Assembly (NCBI GenBank): GCA_002269645.1
Contig: NIVC01000758.1
Location: forward strand, 1-64,000
DNA from: Macrostomum lignano
Taxonomy: Eukaryota
Length of the DNA stretch: 64,000 nucleotides
Reading direction: 5' to 3'
Translations under genes and position numbers: made by a program
Notes under the pieces: model-generated
What the model was told of the DNA's origin: nothing
The model's input: the letters and a program-made list of their open reading frames with translations, nothing else
The model's database searches: none
Part shown: in pieces, positions 51,501 through 63,204 of the stretch
How positions within the stretch are numbered: the stretch's first letter is position 1
Layout: each line of letters opens with the position of its first letter

Positions 51501-54500
51501 GCCCAGCCTCACTGGATGAGGCAGCTAAAGCATAATTTGTTAATAGTTAATAACAGCATCGAGGTGCACTTGAAAAATAAATCGAGAATCAAAGTAGAAA
51601 TCCTGGCGCGTGATACTACTGAAAGTAAACGAAAAAAGCAAAGTGGAAATTTTTCTTCAAATCTCATACCTTGAATATGAAGTCTTACAAGCCCCACACC
51701 GTGAACCGACAAGCCCCACACCGTGAACCAACAAGCCCCACACCGTGAACCAGAAAGCCCCACACTGTGAACCGACAAGCCCCACACCGTGAACCAGCAA
51801 GCCCCACACCGTGAACCAGCAAGCCCCACACCATGAACCAGAAAGCCCCACACCGTGAACCGACAAGCCACACACCGTGAACCAGCAAGCCCCACACCGT
51901 GAACCGACAAGCCACAAACTGTGAACCAGAAAGCCCCACACCGTGAACCAGCAAGCCCCACACCGTGAACCAGAAAGCCCCACACCGTGAACCGACAAGC
52001 CACACACCGTGAACCAGCAAGCCCCACACCGTGAACCAGCAAGCCCCACACCGTGAACCGACAAGCCACAAACTGTGAACCAACAAGCCCCACACCGTGA
52101 ACCAGCAAGCCCCACACCGTGAACCAGAAAGCCCCACACCGTGAACCAGCAAGCCCCACACCGTGAACCGACAAGCCACAAACTGTGAACCAGAAAGCCC
52201 CACACCGTGAACCAGCAAGCCCCACACCGTGAACCAGCAAGCCCCACACCGTGAACCGACAAGCCCCACACCGTGAACCAACAAGCCCCACACCGTGAAC
52301 CAGAAAGCCCCACACCGTGAACCAGCAAGCCCCACACCGTGAACCAGCAAGCCCCACACCGTGAACTGACAAGCCCCACACCGTGAACCAACAAGCCCCA
52401 CACCGTGAACCAGAAAGCCCCACACCTTGAACCAGCAAGCCCCACACCGTGAACAGGCAAGCGCCACACCGAGCCGCCTCACCGATGTCACAGTCAACCG
52501 CCCGCACCCGACCGACCGCGGTGCCGCCGGGCGCGTCCTCCGGCAACGGCGGCAGCCATCCAGCAGCGGAGCCGCCAGCAGCGGAAAACTTCGGCGTGCA
52601 GTCGTTCGCATCGCCGACGCGCAGCCGAACGCGCAGCCGGCACCCGGCTGACTCGACGCCGGCGAGCTCGTCCACGGCGACAACTTCCAGCTCGAAGCGG
52701 TGCAGGTCGCGCAGCTCGCGGTCCAGCGGTCCCACCAGAGTCAGCAGCCCGCTGGAGGCGCCGACGGCTACTGGCGCTTCGTTCGCTCCGCCAGCCAGCG
52801 AGTAGCGAAGGCGCTGCTGCCGCTCCCGTCTGCTGGCCGCGGCAACTTCAGCGAAGGCGGATGCCTTGAATAGCTCAGTGCCAACAGTAGCCGCCTCCGA
52901 GATGTTCAGCCGAATCGCCTGCCGATGGCACCTTGGCGGCGGCAGCGGCGGCTGCTGCTGTCTCCGCCAAGTGTCCCGCTGCACCACCAGCAGGTGCACC
53001 AGCGGCTGCTCCGTGGCCAGGCCGCTGCCCCAAGCGCCACCCACGCTGCCACCGTCGATGGCTTCAATGCGGAGGCGGAAGGCACCCGGGCGGAGCGGCC
53101 CGACCACCAGCAGGCGACCGGCAGGGTCGATGTCGATGCCCGCCGGCCGCTGGTCCAGCAGGCGCCAGCGGACGATGCCGGGCGGCGGCTCCTCGTCGCC
53201 GTCGGGGGCGTCGCGTAGAACTCGAAACTCGGCCAGCACCGCGCCTGGCCGGACGGAGTCGCGGACGACTGTCCGGCGGGGAGCGTTCGGCGGCCAACGC
53301 GGCGGCTGGTCGTTGACATTCAGCACCGACACAGTCAGGTTGGCGCGACCGGACGCGTTGCCACCGTCAGGCAGCTCCACCACGGCGACGACTTGGAGAC
53401 TGGCGAAGGTCTCGCGGTCCAGCGGGACGGAGCCGACGGACAGCAGGCCGGAGTCCGGGCGCAGGCTGAGGTGCCGTAGCTGCCAGCGCTGCGCCTCCGC
53501 GCCCGCCTCCAGTCGGTAGCGCAGCCGGCCGGGGGCAGCCGCGCCGGGCGCCGCCCGGAGTTTAAGCAGTGGCCGGCCGGGCGGCTCGTCCTCGCGCACG
53601 GCCAGCGAATAGGCGGCCGCCTCGAACGCTGGCGGCGGGGGCGGCGCTGGCGGCGGTGCGACGCGGAACTGCCGGCTGACGCGGACCTGCGGCCGGCTGG
53701 CCAGGAAGAAGATGGTCTGGACGGAGGAGGCGTCCGCGGCGGTCGAGCGCCGCTGTCTCCAACGCTTGGCGGGCAGGCGCAGGCGGATGTCGCCAGCCTC
53801 GAGGACATCGGCCTGGAGGAGCCCCGGCGGCCGAGTAGCGACAGTGAGACCGTCGGTCTCCGCGGAGCTCAGGCGGCGGCCGTGTCGGCGGACGCGGCAG
53901 ACCAGGGTGGCCGGCTGCCGGAGGCTTCGAGCTGCGCCATCGGTGGCGCCATCGCCGTCGCAGGCCACTGCCAGCTCGGGGACGCCGCCGACGCCAGCGA
54001 AGGTGACATTGAGCTGGAACACCGAGGCCGAGGCCGGGTGTGGCGGCTCCCGGTCGATGGCGCGGAATCGCAGGCGCGCGGACCCGGCCCAGGCGCCATC
54101 GGTGGACACGAAGACGCGGCCGGAGTCGCCGTCCAGGCGGAGGCGGGGATCCGCGGCGCCAGCCAGCAGCTCAAACCTGGCGGGTGCGGCCGCGGCCAGC
54201 TGCGGCTTGTCCGCGTCGCTGGCCGTCAGGCGGTAGACGAAAGCGCCGGCGGGCGAGTCGGTTGCCATGACAACGCTGGCGCCGGGAAAGTCGAACTCGG
54301 GCGAATTGTCGTTTTCATCGTCTATGGACAAAACCACCTGGGGAGCCGAAGTGAGCAGGTGATTTTCTGATGAACTAAAATGGATTGCTAGCCTAGCCAA
54401 CACAATGGATTGCTAGCCTAGCCAACACAATGGATTGCTAGCCTAGCCAACACAATGGATTGCTAGTCTAGCCAACACAATGGATTGCTAGCCTAGCCAA

Positions 54501-57500
54501 CACAATGGATTGCTAGTCTAGCCAACACAATGGATTGCTAGTCTAGCCATACTGATTTTGACCCAGTTGCCCCCTCACCTGGCACACGTCTCTCCTGCCC
54601 TCTGCATCAGCCACCTCCAGCTGAAAGTCCAGCAGCCGGAGGCGCTCTCTGTCCAGCGGCCTCTTCAGCCATCCGACAACGCTGGCGCCGTCCTCGACGA
54701 TCTCAGTCGCCACCATCGCCGAAGCTGCGTCGCCGACAATCCGCGACAAAACGACGCCGCCTCCGGAGGCCCGGCGGAAGTCCAGGCTGAAAGCTGCCGA
54801 CCCGGCCGGGGCCGCCTCGCTCAGCCGGCCGTGCAGCAGCCGCTGCGGGCAGCGCGGGCCGCGGGCGGCGCCGACGCCGAGCAGCCGCACCCGCAGCAGC
54901 GCACGGCCCGCCAGCGCCCCGTCTGTGGCCAGCAGCCCCGCGACGACTTCAATGGTGGCATTCGCGGCCGAGTGCGGCCCCGGCCAGTAGGTGACCTCCC
55001 CGCTGCTTGAGTCGATCCTGAGCAGGCTCGAGCTCGGCTCCAGCGCGTACAGCAGCGCCGAATCGGCGTCGCCCTCGTCATCGTCGGCGTCGACCGCACG
55101 GACCGCGGCAACGAAGGAGCCCGGAGCCGAGCTGGCGGGCAGCGCGGCCTCGAACTCGGGACGGACGAACACCGGTGGGTTGTCGTTGAAATTCAGGACT
55201 CGAATCTGGGTTGGGTTGGGGATCAGGGAGATGGGATTTTTAGACTGGGGATCAGGAAGATGGGATTTCAGACTGGGGATCAGGAAGATGGGATTTCAGA
55301 CTGGGGATCAGGGAGATGGGATTTCAGACTGGGGATCAGGGAGATGGGATTTCAGACTGGGGATCAGGGTGATAGGATTTCAGACTGGGGATCAGGGTGA
55401 TGGGATTTCAGACTGGGGATCAGGAAGATGGGATTTCAGATTGGGGATCAGGGGGGTGGGATTTCAGACTGGGAATCAGGGAGATGGGATTTCAGAATGG
55501 GGATCAGGGAGATGGGATTTCAGATTGGGGATCAGGGGGGTGGGATTTCAGACTGGGGATCAGGAAGATAGGATTTCAGACTGGGGATCAGGGAGATGGG
55601 ATTTCAGACTGGGGATCAGGGAGATGGGATTTCAGACTGGGGATCAGGGAGATGGGATTTCAGACTGGGGATCAGGGTGATGGGATTTCAGACTGGGGAT
55701 CAGGAAGATGGGATTTCAGACTGGGGATCAGGGAGATGGGATTTCAGACTGGGGATCAGGGAGATGGGATTTCAGACTCGGGATCAGGGAGATGGGAGCC
55801 GGGGCTGTTGCCCCCAGGACCCCGGGTCCTGCACGTAATGGCGTGGTGAACTATCTGTGCAGTATGAGACTGGTATGGCCTTTATCCCAGCCAGCGATGC
55901 TCACACCTGCCTCCCCTGGCGGGCCGATAGCTCAAGAGACTCTGTCTCCTGATTTTCACTTTGCAAGGCGCACTTCGAAGGGTACTCGTCCCGTGGGTGT
56001 TAAGGCAGGCCCCTTTGGGCCCTGCCGAGCTGATTCGTTGGCGCCGGGTCCTGGTGTGACCATAAACGCACCCTCTAATGTCCCAGTGTAACTCCGTGCT
56101 GATGGACGCTTGGCCAGGGAGTAGTCTGGTCGCTAACGGTTCCCCTTGCGCTTTTGGGTCCCCCCGCAGGGTGGTATTTTGCTTTTTGGGGGCCTGCCGC
56201 TTGGTTTGGGGTTGCGGCCTTGCGGCTCTTTGCCTGTGTTCTGCAGGAAGTCCCACCTTTTTACTTCCAGCCAATGGCTTCTAACCGAAGTAACAAACCG
56301 GCTGTGGATGACACAGTGCCTCCGGCCTCGGCTGGGGCCGTGGACTCCTCGGCCATACCACCTGCTACCATCGGGGACGCCTCGGCGAGACCCGTGGAGC
56401 CAACTCTGAGCGGTGCCTCCGAGAAGACACCTGCTACTCCAGCTGCTAAGCAACGCAGCACCACCTCTGGAGCTGCCCGCCGTCGACTTAACAAGGCGAG
56501 GCGGGCCAAGGAGGGCGGAAGCCAAACCGGTGCCAGGGGCCAACGGCCCGCGGCAGCGGAAGCTTCCCAGTCTGGGGCGGTGGCGGAAGAGGGCCTCGAG
56601 CCCACGGAAGCCCCTGCCCAGGATAGGGAGGCCGATGCAGCCGGGAGGGTGGACAGCCCACCTGAAGAAAGCTCCACTGACCCCCGGGCCTCCTACGCTG
56701 ATGCGGCAAAGAGGCAACCGGCGGTTGTCATCCTGGGAAAGGACGCGCGCCTGTCTCCCGATCAGCTGAAGCAGGTGAGAAGTGCCGTTGATGGCCTCCT
56801 GTGGAAGCAAACTCTGAAGGGCACGCCTCTGAACATTCATTCGAATGCGACGAGGGACTCGTGCCTTCTCATTTGGCCCAGTGATGCTGACTCGGGTCGG
56901 CGGCTCCTTGAGCTGCTGCCCGAGCAGAGCTGGGACCTCAACCTAGCCTTCTGCAGAGAGGACGAGCGCCCCCGGACCAAGAGGCATCGAATCTGGGTCC
57001 CGGCCAGGAGCGTTGTTACCTCTGCTGACGAGCTCCGGAAAGGACTGCTAGCAGTCAACCGAGAGCTTCCCGCCGCGGGCCTTGTGGTGCATGACACCCT
57101 TAAGCGCACCGACGGCACTGGCTTCACAGCCATCCTGGGGCTGTCGGACGCCTGGATGAGGCGTTATCCACACGGCAGCTTCATCAACGTCGGCCTTTGG
57201 AAGCTGCGCATCCGCTCCTACGAGGCCGACCCTCCCCGTGGCAGTGAGCAGGGCGGGCGGGATGCGGAGGCGGCCGGGGCCGAGGCGCAAGCCTCTGCTC
57301 AGACTGCCAAAGCAAACCGCCCTGCCCGGCAGCACGGCCGCGCGGGCAAAGCTGAGCGCGCTGCTGAGGGCGGAGGCGACCGACGCCCGGCGCGCAGCAC
57401 CAAGCGCGCGGCCTGTACCAGCGTGCAGCTGAGGCAGTCCGTACCGCCAAAATCGCCCAGCTGAGGCGAGAGGTCGCCGGGACGCCTAGGCGCACCAGTT

Positions 57501-60500
57501 CGTCCAGGGAGGGTGGGGACGTCCCAGCTGGGCCCAACCCCTCGGGGCAGGGCCGACTGGAGACGGACCCGCCTGCCCAGGCGGCTGGCTGCTCCAGGGC
57601 ATTGGGCCAATCTGAGGCGGAGGACCCCATGGATGGTGGGCAAAGGGCGGCGAACGCTGCCTACTGCCTTCCGCCAATCGGGGGCCTTTTGCTGAAGAAG
57701 AGCCCATGGACACCGGCGACCCCGACCCGAAGCCGGTGAGCGCCGAGGAGGAGGAGGAACTCCTGGCGGCTGCAACATCCGATCTGCAATGATGCCAGCG
57801 ACTACCTGGTGTCTGCAGATCAACACCCAGCACTGCGTGGCGGCGTCGGTCAACCTGATGCGCACGGCAGAGCAACAGCTTCCGGGCCTGGTCTTCGTAC
57901 AGGAGCCCTGGATGACTAAAGGTAAGCCAAATAATGTGCCATCTGGCTACCACTGTTTTTGCATGGCGGGCTCTCAGCCTCGCCCAAGATCTCTGGTCTT
58001 TGCTGCAAAAGCTTTTGAGGCATGGATGAGACCTGATCTCTCGTCTGGGGACATCTGTGTTGTTCAAATCAATAACCTCATTCCCAATAAACCTGTGCTG
58101 GTAGCATCTGCCTATTTCCCGGGCGATGCCCCAGTTGTCTGCGACGCGCTAGTCAACCTTATTGACTATGCTGCGTCCCATCGGTTCGAGCTGCTCATTG
58201 CAGGGGATGTGAACGCACACCACCTGCATTGGGGCAGCAAGAACATCAATAGCAGAGGCGAGGAGCTGCTGGCCTATGTCAGCAGCACTAACCTCAATTT
58301 CTGTAACGTGGGCAATGCACCAACGTTCAATAATGGGCGGTGGGCCGAAGTCATCGACACCACCATCGCCTCACCCGGACTGCTTTCCGCAGTTACGGGC
58401 TGGCGAGTGTGGGACGAGGACTCGCTCTCGGACCACCGCTTTATCCGCTTTTGCATTGGGCCGACCAAGCAAAAGCCTAAGGTCACTTGGAGTCGGAACG
58501 TCAGGAACACCGATTGGGCCGCCTTTGGCTCGAAGCTGAGCCGCGGCCTTCGGGATCTTGACCCCCCAGTGACCTCTCTGACTGCCAGGTGGTGGATGAT
58601 CTCGCCTCCTCCCTGAGGGGCGATCACCACTGCCTTTGAAGCAGCCTGCCCTCTAAAAGCCTATAAAGGCAAGAAATCTGCTCCCTGGTGGAACCCAGAG
58701 CTCGGGGCCCTTCGGCGCCGAGCCAGGACCCTCCAAAGGCGAGCGCTCAAAACCAAAGACCCATCTGACAGAGAGGCCTATACCCGTGCGATCCACGAGT
58801 TTAAGGGCCAAGTCAGAAGGGCCAAGACGGCCAAGTGGCGCCAATACTGCGAAGGGCTTGAGGGCTCTCGCCCCGTAGCCCGCGTGGTTAAGGCACTCAC
58901 GAATGACCGTTTTTCTAAACTCTCTGTTGTGAAGAGACCTGACGGCTCGGTCACAGAGAGTTCGGAAGAGACTCTAGAGCTCATGCTCAACAGTTTCTTC
59001 CCTAAATCTCCGACTCAGCAGGGCCCGCCTGACCACACAGTGGGAGGGCAAGGCCTAGCAAAGTCTATGATCACCAAAGACCGCATTATTAGAGCGGCAA
59101 GGTCCTTTAACCCGTTCAAGGCGCCTGGGCCCGACGGCATCTACCCAGCGTTCTTGCACGAGGCGGCGAAAAACCACCGCTTTCTGGACCTCCTCTGTCG
59201 TCTCCTCGAGCTTGTGTGGAGCTGGGCTATGTACCAGTTGCGTGGAGAGAGGCCCGGGTGGTCTTTATCCCCAAGCCTGGAAAGAGCGACTACCAATCGG
59301 TGAAGGCCTTCAGGCCTATCAGCCTCACTTCTTTCTGCCTCAAGCTCCTCGAGAGACTGGTGCTTGGCGCCTACTTTCAGTCGAGCTGAAGCGCTTCCCA
59401 CTCTCGCAGAACCAGCACGCCTTCCGCGCGGGCAGGTCTACCGAGAGTGCCCTCCATGTCATTGTTGACTTCCTGGAGAGGGCCGTTCTTGGCAGCGGCT
59501 TTGCCCTCTCGCTTTTCTGGACATTGAGGGGGCCTTCGACAACGTCATCTTCGAGGCCTTTTGCAGAGCCCTGGAATCCAGGGCCACGCACCCTCACCTT
59601 GTCCGGTGGATCATGTTCATGATCCGGAACCGCACTGTTGTGGCCCACCTGAACGGCAGCTCTCTTTCGGCGCCTGTCCAAAAAGGGGGCCCCCAGGGCG
59701 GAGTTCTCACCCCCGTTCTCTGGAACATGGTCATGGATGAGCTGCTTTGCAGTGATCTCCACGACCCCATTCTCAAGGTGGGCTATGCCGATGACGTGAC
59801 CGCGATCTGCGCGGGCCCCTCGGTTGACACCATCAGAGATCTTCTGCAGGGCTTTCTGGGACGAGCGGAGCGTTGGGCAAACCAATGTGGTCTTAGACTC
59901 TCAGAGTCGAAAACCACAGCGGTCATGTTTACCAACAAACTGCTCTGGACCATTAAGCCCCTCACCCTCTATGGAAAGAACATTTCCATGGAGAAGCAGG
60001 TCCGCTGCCTGGGCCTCACTCTGGACCACAGGCTTAACTGGACTCCGCACATACAAACTAAAGCCAAAAAAGCCCTGGCTGTCCTGGCTCAGATCAGGCG
60101 CGCCGTGGGCACCACCTGGGGGCTCACCCCCAGGAAGCTGTGGTGGATTTACACTGCAATCATCCGCCCCTCGATCAGTTACGCCAGCCTCGTGTGGGCT
60201 AGCGGTCTGGCGTCAAGAGTAACCTCGACGCTCTCTACAAAATCCAGGGCAGAGCCTGCCGCATGACTATGGGCGCTCCACCCTCTACTCCTTTTGAAGG
60301 CATGAATGCCTTCCTCTGCACCCCTCCTCTGGATATTTATATCAAAGGAGAGGCGGCGAAGAGCACCCGGCGTCTTCTGGATGCTGGGGTGGCCTTCAAG
60401 AAAGTGCGGGCCTTTAAGAAGCGGTCGCTTATCCCGCACTCTGACCTCTGCCTCAAGGCTCTAGAAGAATGTGGCGGGCTCAACATCCTCTCGGACTCGA

Positions 60501-62550
60501 TCCCAGCCACCCTTCTCCTGAGCCAAAGGTATAAGGTCACTATTCAGCCTCGACATGAGGCGAGTGACAGCTGGAGCGATTCTGAAGTCCACTGTTACAC
60601 TGACGGCTCTATGAAGCATGGTCTTTCAGGCTTCGGAGCTTGCGTCTTCTTCAAGGGAGAAGTGGCGTGGAGCTACTCCCAGCACACTGGGCTCAACTCC
60701 AGTGTTTTTCAGAGCGAGGTGCTTGCCATCAGCTCCTGCGCGGCAGAACTGCGCCGAAGGCAGCTTAGCGGTCGGAAGCTTATTTTTCACTCTGACAGCC
60801 AAGCAGCCCTTCGGGCCCTCTGCCGCTGCACCACCAGCTCCAGGTCCGTCCTGGACTGCAACACCCAGCTCAACGGGCTTGCGCTAGGCAACCAGGTAGA
60901 GCTCAGATGGATCCCGGGCCACGCCGGTTTCCTCGGCAACGAGCGCGCCGACCTGCTGGCCAAGGCTGGCTCCGCCGGCGCGCTGCTGGGGCCGGGCCCG
61001 GGGCCCCCATCCCCGCCTCGGTGATCAACTCCCGCGTTAAGCGCTGGGCTGACTCCGAGCATCTCCGCAGGTGGCACGACACCCGGAATTGTAGGCAATC
61101 CCGGGCGGCCGTCCCCTGCCCTTCTCCTCTCCTGCGTAGAGCCCTCCTCAGGCTCAACCGCAGAGACCTCAGAGCAGTTAGCATGGCCCTCTCCGGGCAT
61201 GGCTGCTTCTCTCGCCACCGCTTCCTTCAGGGCCAGGTACCCGAGGAGCGGTGCCCCTTCTGCCGCTCAGGCAGTGAAAACGCCGAGCATTTTATCTGCC
61301 ACTGCCCGGTTTTCACCAGGGCCAGGCTCACTCACCTCGGGCCAAACCCGGTTCTCTCCGACGTTTGCAGGCCCGAGAGCATCCCGCTGCTCGCCCGGTA
61401 CCTCAGGGACACGGGACGAGCCGATTTCTTCCCCACTGTCGGTGAGGAGGATCGCGCTGCAGGCGAGACCGACAGGTCCCCCTGAGCGACTTCACTTCAA
61501 CGGAAGTCATTGGTCGCCAGGGGCTAGCGGAATGGGCGGTCTCCTCCGCCTCCCCGCTGCATCCGCCGGACGCCCCCTGCAGCTAAGTCAAGTAAGTCAA
61601 GGGAGATGGGATTTCAGTCTGGGGATCAGGGTGATGGGATTTCAGACTGGGGATCAGGGTGATGGGATTTCAGACTGGGGATCAGGGAGATGGGATTTCA
61701 GATTGGGGATCAGGGGGGTGGGATTTCAGACTGGGGATCAGGGAGATGAGAGTTCAGATTAATGAACGAGTCCGAGGGCTCAGCAGGGTCAGCCGAGGTC
61801 ACGACTCACCGTCAGCGGCGCTGAGGCGGTCAGCCGGGGCTCGCCGCTGTCGATGGCGGTCAGCCAGCCGCGGTGCTCGGTGAGGGTCTCGAAGTCCAGC
61901 GCGGCCCGCAGCCAGATCTGCCCGCTGTCCGGTCGCACCTCGAAGCTGGCGTTCGCGGGCCCCTCCAGCCCGTAGGTCACGCGGCCGCCTGCGCCAGAGT
62001 CCGCGTCCTTGGCAACCGCCGTTGCTAGGGGCCGGGCGCCGGGCTGCTCGGACTCGCAGACCTCGAGCTGGTAACTGGGCAGCTCGAACTCCGGGGCTTC
62101 GTCGTTAACATCCTGAGGATCGGAGTTAGGTGTACAGAATTATACCGAGGACGTTTTGAAGGTGACCAGGCTTGAGCAGTAGCACTCTCGCGCAAAATTT
62201 CCAATTCTCAAGACACAGGGAGCGTACTACATGCCTGATGATGAGAAAGTCAGGGCCGCTGTGCACTCTGTGTGAGCTGCACTCAAGAGTCAGCGGTGGA
62301 CATCCCTGCTTTCCTCCCAGCTGGTCCAGGCAACTCACATTTTCTAATCAGAAAAATCTGCTAATATTCTCAGCATGCCTACTCGCGCGAGTAGTTAATC
62401 GCGGGCAGTATTAAAAAAGGATTCTCACCAACACGCCGATGAGGAGGCGCATGCGGCCGCTTAATCCGGTGGCCGAGTCCGTGGCCGCGATTAGCAGCTC
62501 GTGCTGTCCGGCCGACTCAAAGTCCAGCCGACCGGCTGTCCGAACCGAGC
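30589..62550 (-). CDS. fat: Fat-like atypical cadherin (FAT1/2/3 / kugelei type), 3' part; gene continues past the window end
   Basis: Exons 62429-62550, 61810-62112, 54579-55205, 52483-54337, 40138-40581, 37910-38409, 36652-36869, 35503-35941, 34621-35339 (NAGNAG acceptor), 33094-34325 and 30589-31268 are GT-AG and in phase (about 2380 codons). Domains: cadherin repeats (LDFE/LDRE, DxNDNxPxF, AATDSATG), a post-cadherin region (ARASFLAPRF), LamG (VNDGRWHSAEV, GFNGCL), three EGF repeats including Ca-EGF DIDEC, a TM helix, and the FAT1/3 cytoplasmic motif GYHWDTSDW. Confidence 0.93.
31905..32655. repeat. 33-bp minisatellite in the last Fat intron
   Basis: ACTCAGGGACTGAGAGGATGGACTCAGCTG(CTC/ATA), about 23 copies. 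Confidence 0.95.
32660..32710. other. Perfect 18-bp stem / 15-nt loop hairpin (possible minimal TA-flanked transposon remnant)
   Basis: GTAGGGACCTGACACCCC-loop-GGGGTGTCAGGTCCCTAC, directly adjoining the 33-bp array. Confidence 0.75.
34389..34537. repeat. 12-bp tandem repeat (Fat intron)
   Basis: (GAAGGACTCACT)n. Confidence 0.93.
35352..35480. repeat. 12/24-bp tandem repeat (Fat intron)
   Basis: Alternating GGGAATGCGGGT / GGGAATGCGGAT. Confidence 0.88.
36105..36620. repeat. 44-bp minisatellite (Fat intron)
   Basis: CGGTCGCTATGCAATCCGCCCAGAGGATCTGGGGGCGGGTAGAC, about 11.5 copies. Confidence 0.94.
37060..37870. repeat. Degenerate AG-rich simple repeat (Fat intron)
   Basis: GAGAGCG/GAGCA/GAGCAAA units. 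Confidence 0.9.
38444..38760. repeat. 18-bp minisatellite (Fat intron)
   Basis: (GGGGAATAGAATGCCATT)n. Confidence 0.94.
39735..40090. repeat. CT-rich low-complexity repeat (Fat intron)
   Basis: CTCTCCT/CCTATCCGCCCT units. Confidence 0.85.
40617..40836. repeat. Approx. 40-bp G-rich minisatellite near a Fat acceptor
   Basis: GGTGTACATTGTGGATGGGGTAGGGGGTTGGCTGGGCCG, about 5.5 copies. Confidence 0.9.
41545..41940. repeat. 22-bp purine-rich minisatellite
   Basis: (AGAGGCAGGGAGGAGAGGGCAG)n. Confidence 0.93.
43258..43790. repeat. 7-bp simple repeat
   Basis: TCTCTAA/TCTCTAG heptamers. Confidence 0.92.
48745..49025. repeat. 30-bp minisatellite, about 9 copies
   Basis: (TCACTGTGACAGCAATGACCAACCCCCAAT)n. 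Confidence 0.93.
50320..50705. repeat. CT-rich low-complexity repeat
   Basis: CTCTCCCTCATCT-type units. Confidence 0.88.
51685..52470. repeat. 22-bp minisatellite starting just after a Fat donor site
   Basis: (AAGCCCCACACCGTGAACCAGC)n, about 35 copies. Confidence 0.95.
54379..54549. repeat. 25-bp minisatellite (Fat intron)
   Basis: (TGGATTGCTAGCCTAGCCAACACAA)n, about 7 copies. Confidence 0.93.
55217..55796. repeat. 28-bp G-rich minisatellite, left part (interrupted by the LINE)
   Basis: (GGGATTTCAGACTGGGGATCAGGGAGAT)n. Confidence 0.95.
56274..57464 (+). CDS. LINE ORF1 (gag-like nucleic-acid-binding protein)
   Basis: MASNRSNKP...ASYADAAKRQPAVVIL.... Position and low-complexity N-terminus are typical of ORF1. 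It may extend via frameshifts to a TGA at 57790-57792 overlapping the ORF2 ATG. Confidence 0.72.
   Translation: MASNRSNKPAVDDTVPPASAGAVDSSAIPPATIGDASARPVEPTLSGASEKTPATPAAKQRSTTSGAARRRLNKARRAKEGGSQTGARGQRPAAAEASQSGAVAEEGLEPTEAPAQDREADAAGRVDSPPEESSTDPRASYADAAKRQPAVVILGKDARLSPDQLKQVRSAVDGLLWKQTLKGTPLNIHSNATRDSCLLIWPSDADSGRRLLELLPEQSWDLNLAFCREDERPRTKRHRIWVPARSVVTSADELRKGLLAVNRELPAAGLVVHDTLKRTDGTGFTAILGLSDAWMRRYPHGSFINVGLWKLRIRSYEADPPRGSEQGGRDAEAAGAEAQASAQTAKANRPARQHGRAGKAERAAEGGGDRRPARSTKRAACTSVQLRQSVPPKSPS
57789..61485 (+). pseudogene. LINE ORF2: AP endonuclease, reverse transcriptase, RNase H and CCHC finger, broken by about 7 single-base indels
   Basis: CLQINTQH, VQEPW, IAGDVNAHH and SDHRFI (APE); KAPGPDGI, FRPISLTS, QHAFRAGRST, DIEGAFD, PQGGVLTP and YADD (RT); YTDGS, SVFQSE, SDSQAAL and WIPGH..GNERAD (RNase H); CPFC..ENAEHFICHCP (zinc finger). 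Confidence 0.92.
61601..61748. repeat. 28-bp G-rich minisatellite, right part
   Basis: Same unit as 55217-55796, resuming after the LINE. Confidence 0.93.
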
Positions 62551-63204
62551 CTGCAAATATTTTTATTTGCGAGAATATTTTCTTACTACTGCTAGTAGCC
62601 AACTGAAGTACAAGCTCTAATTGAAAACTGCTAAAACTTTCGGTATATCGAGCTCGAATTTGAAGGCTGACTTATCAAATTAATTGCTACCGGGAGAAGG
62701 AAATCGAAACAGAAATTGGAGCTGAAAGCAACTATGATGGAGAGGAGCTGCTGCCGGGTTCTCCAAGTGCCCGCTTGCGAGTAGTGGGGAAGCGGAGAGG
62801 GGGTGGGTTGGAGAGGCTCGGACCAGCTGGCAACACGTAGGCTCCCCGGTGTTGGTTTACAGCCTCCCGCCCTCCGCCATCACTGCCCCCAGCCGGTATT
62901 TGCCGAGCCGCCGAGTGAAATCAGGTCGGACAGGGCGAGGCAGGGGGGGGGGGCGCTCGACCCCGGGGTCGTGTTGGAGAGCGGCTCCAAGAGATTTCCT
63001 CAACGAGCCTAGAGTCGCGCGCAAAAATTGCTGCTCCAAGCGCTCAGAGTGAGCGGTTTCCTTGCACTTCCCTGTGCAGTTGGAATCGCAAATTAGGGAG
63101 GTGCAACACGGACCTTGCCCGAATATGCGATGACTCACGCGGCTTGTAGATGCATCTCTAGACTTGATTGTTATGAAGCAAACAGGAAATTCCAAGGCCC
63201 ACTG

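Larger units (their letters stand above)
55797..61600 (+). mobile_element. Full-length non-LTR retrotransposon, R1/LOA-like (ORF1 + APE-RT-RNase H-CCHC ORF2), 5.8 kb
   Basis: 5'UTR, gag-like ORF1 and multi-domain ORF2, then a short 3'UTR ending AAGTCAAGTAAGTCAA. Flanked by a duplicated GGGAGATGGG (55787-55796 and 61601-61610). Antisense to the host Fat gene. Confidence 0.93.

Noticed and set aside
51509-52482. Hydrophobic WFTVWGLLVHGVG extension of the 964-aa ORF
   Set aside because: Read-through of a 22-bp array past the donor at 52482; splicing to 40581 completes the cadherin motif.
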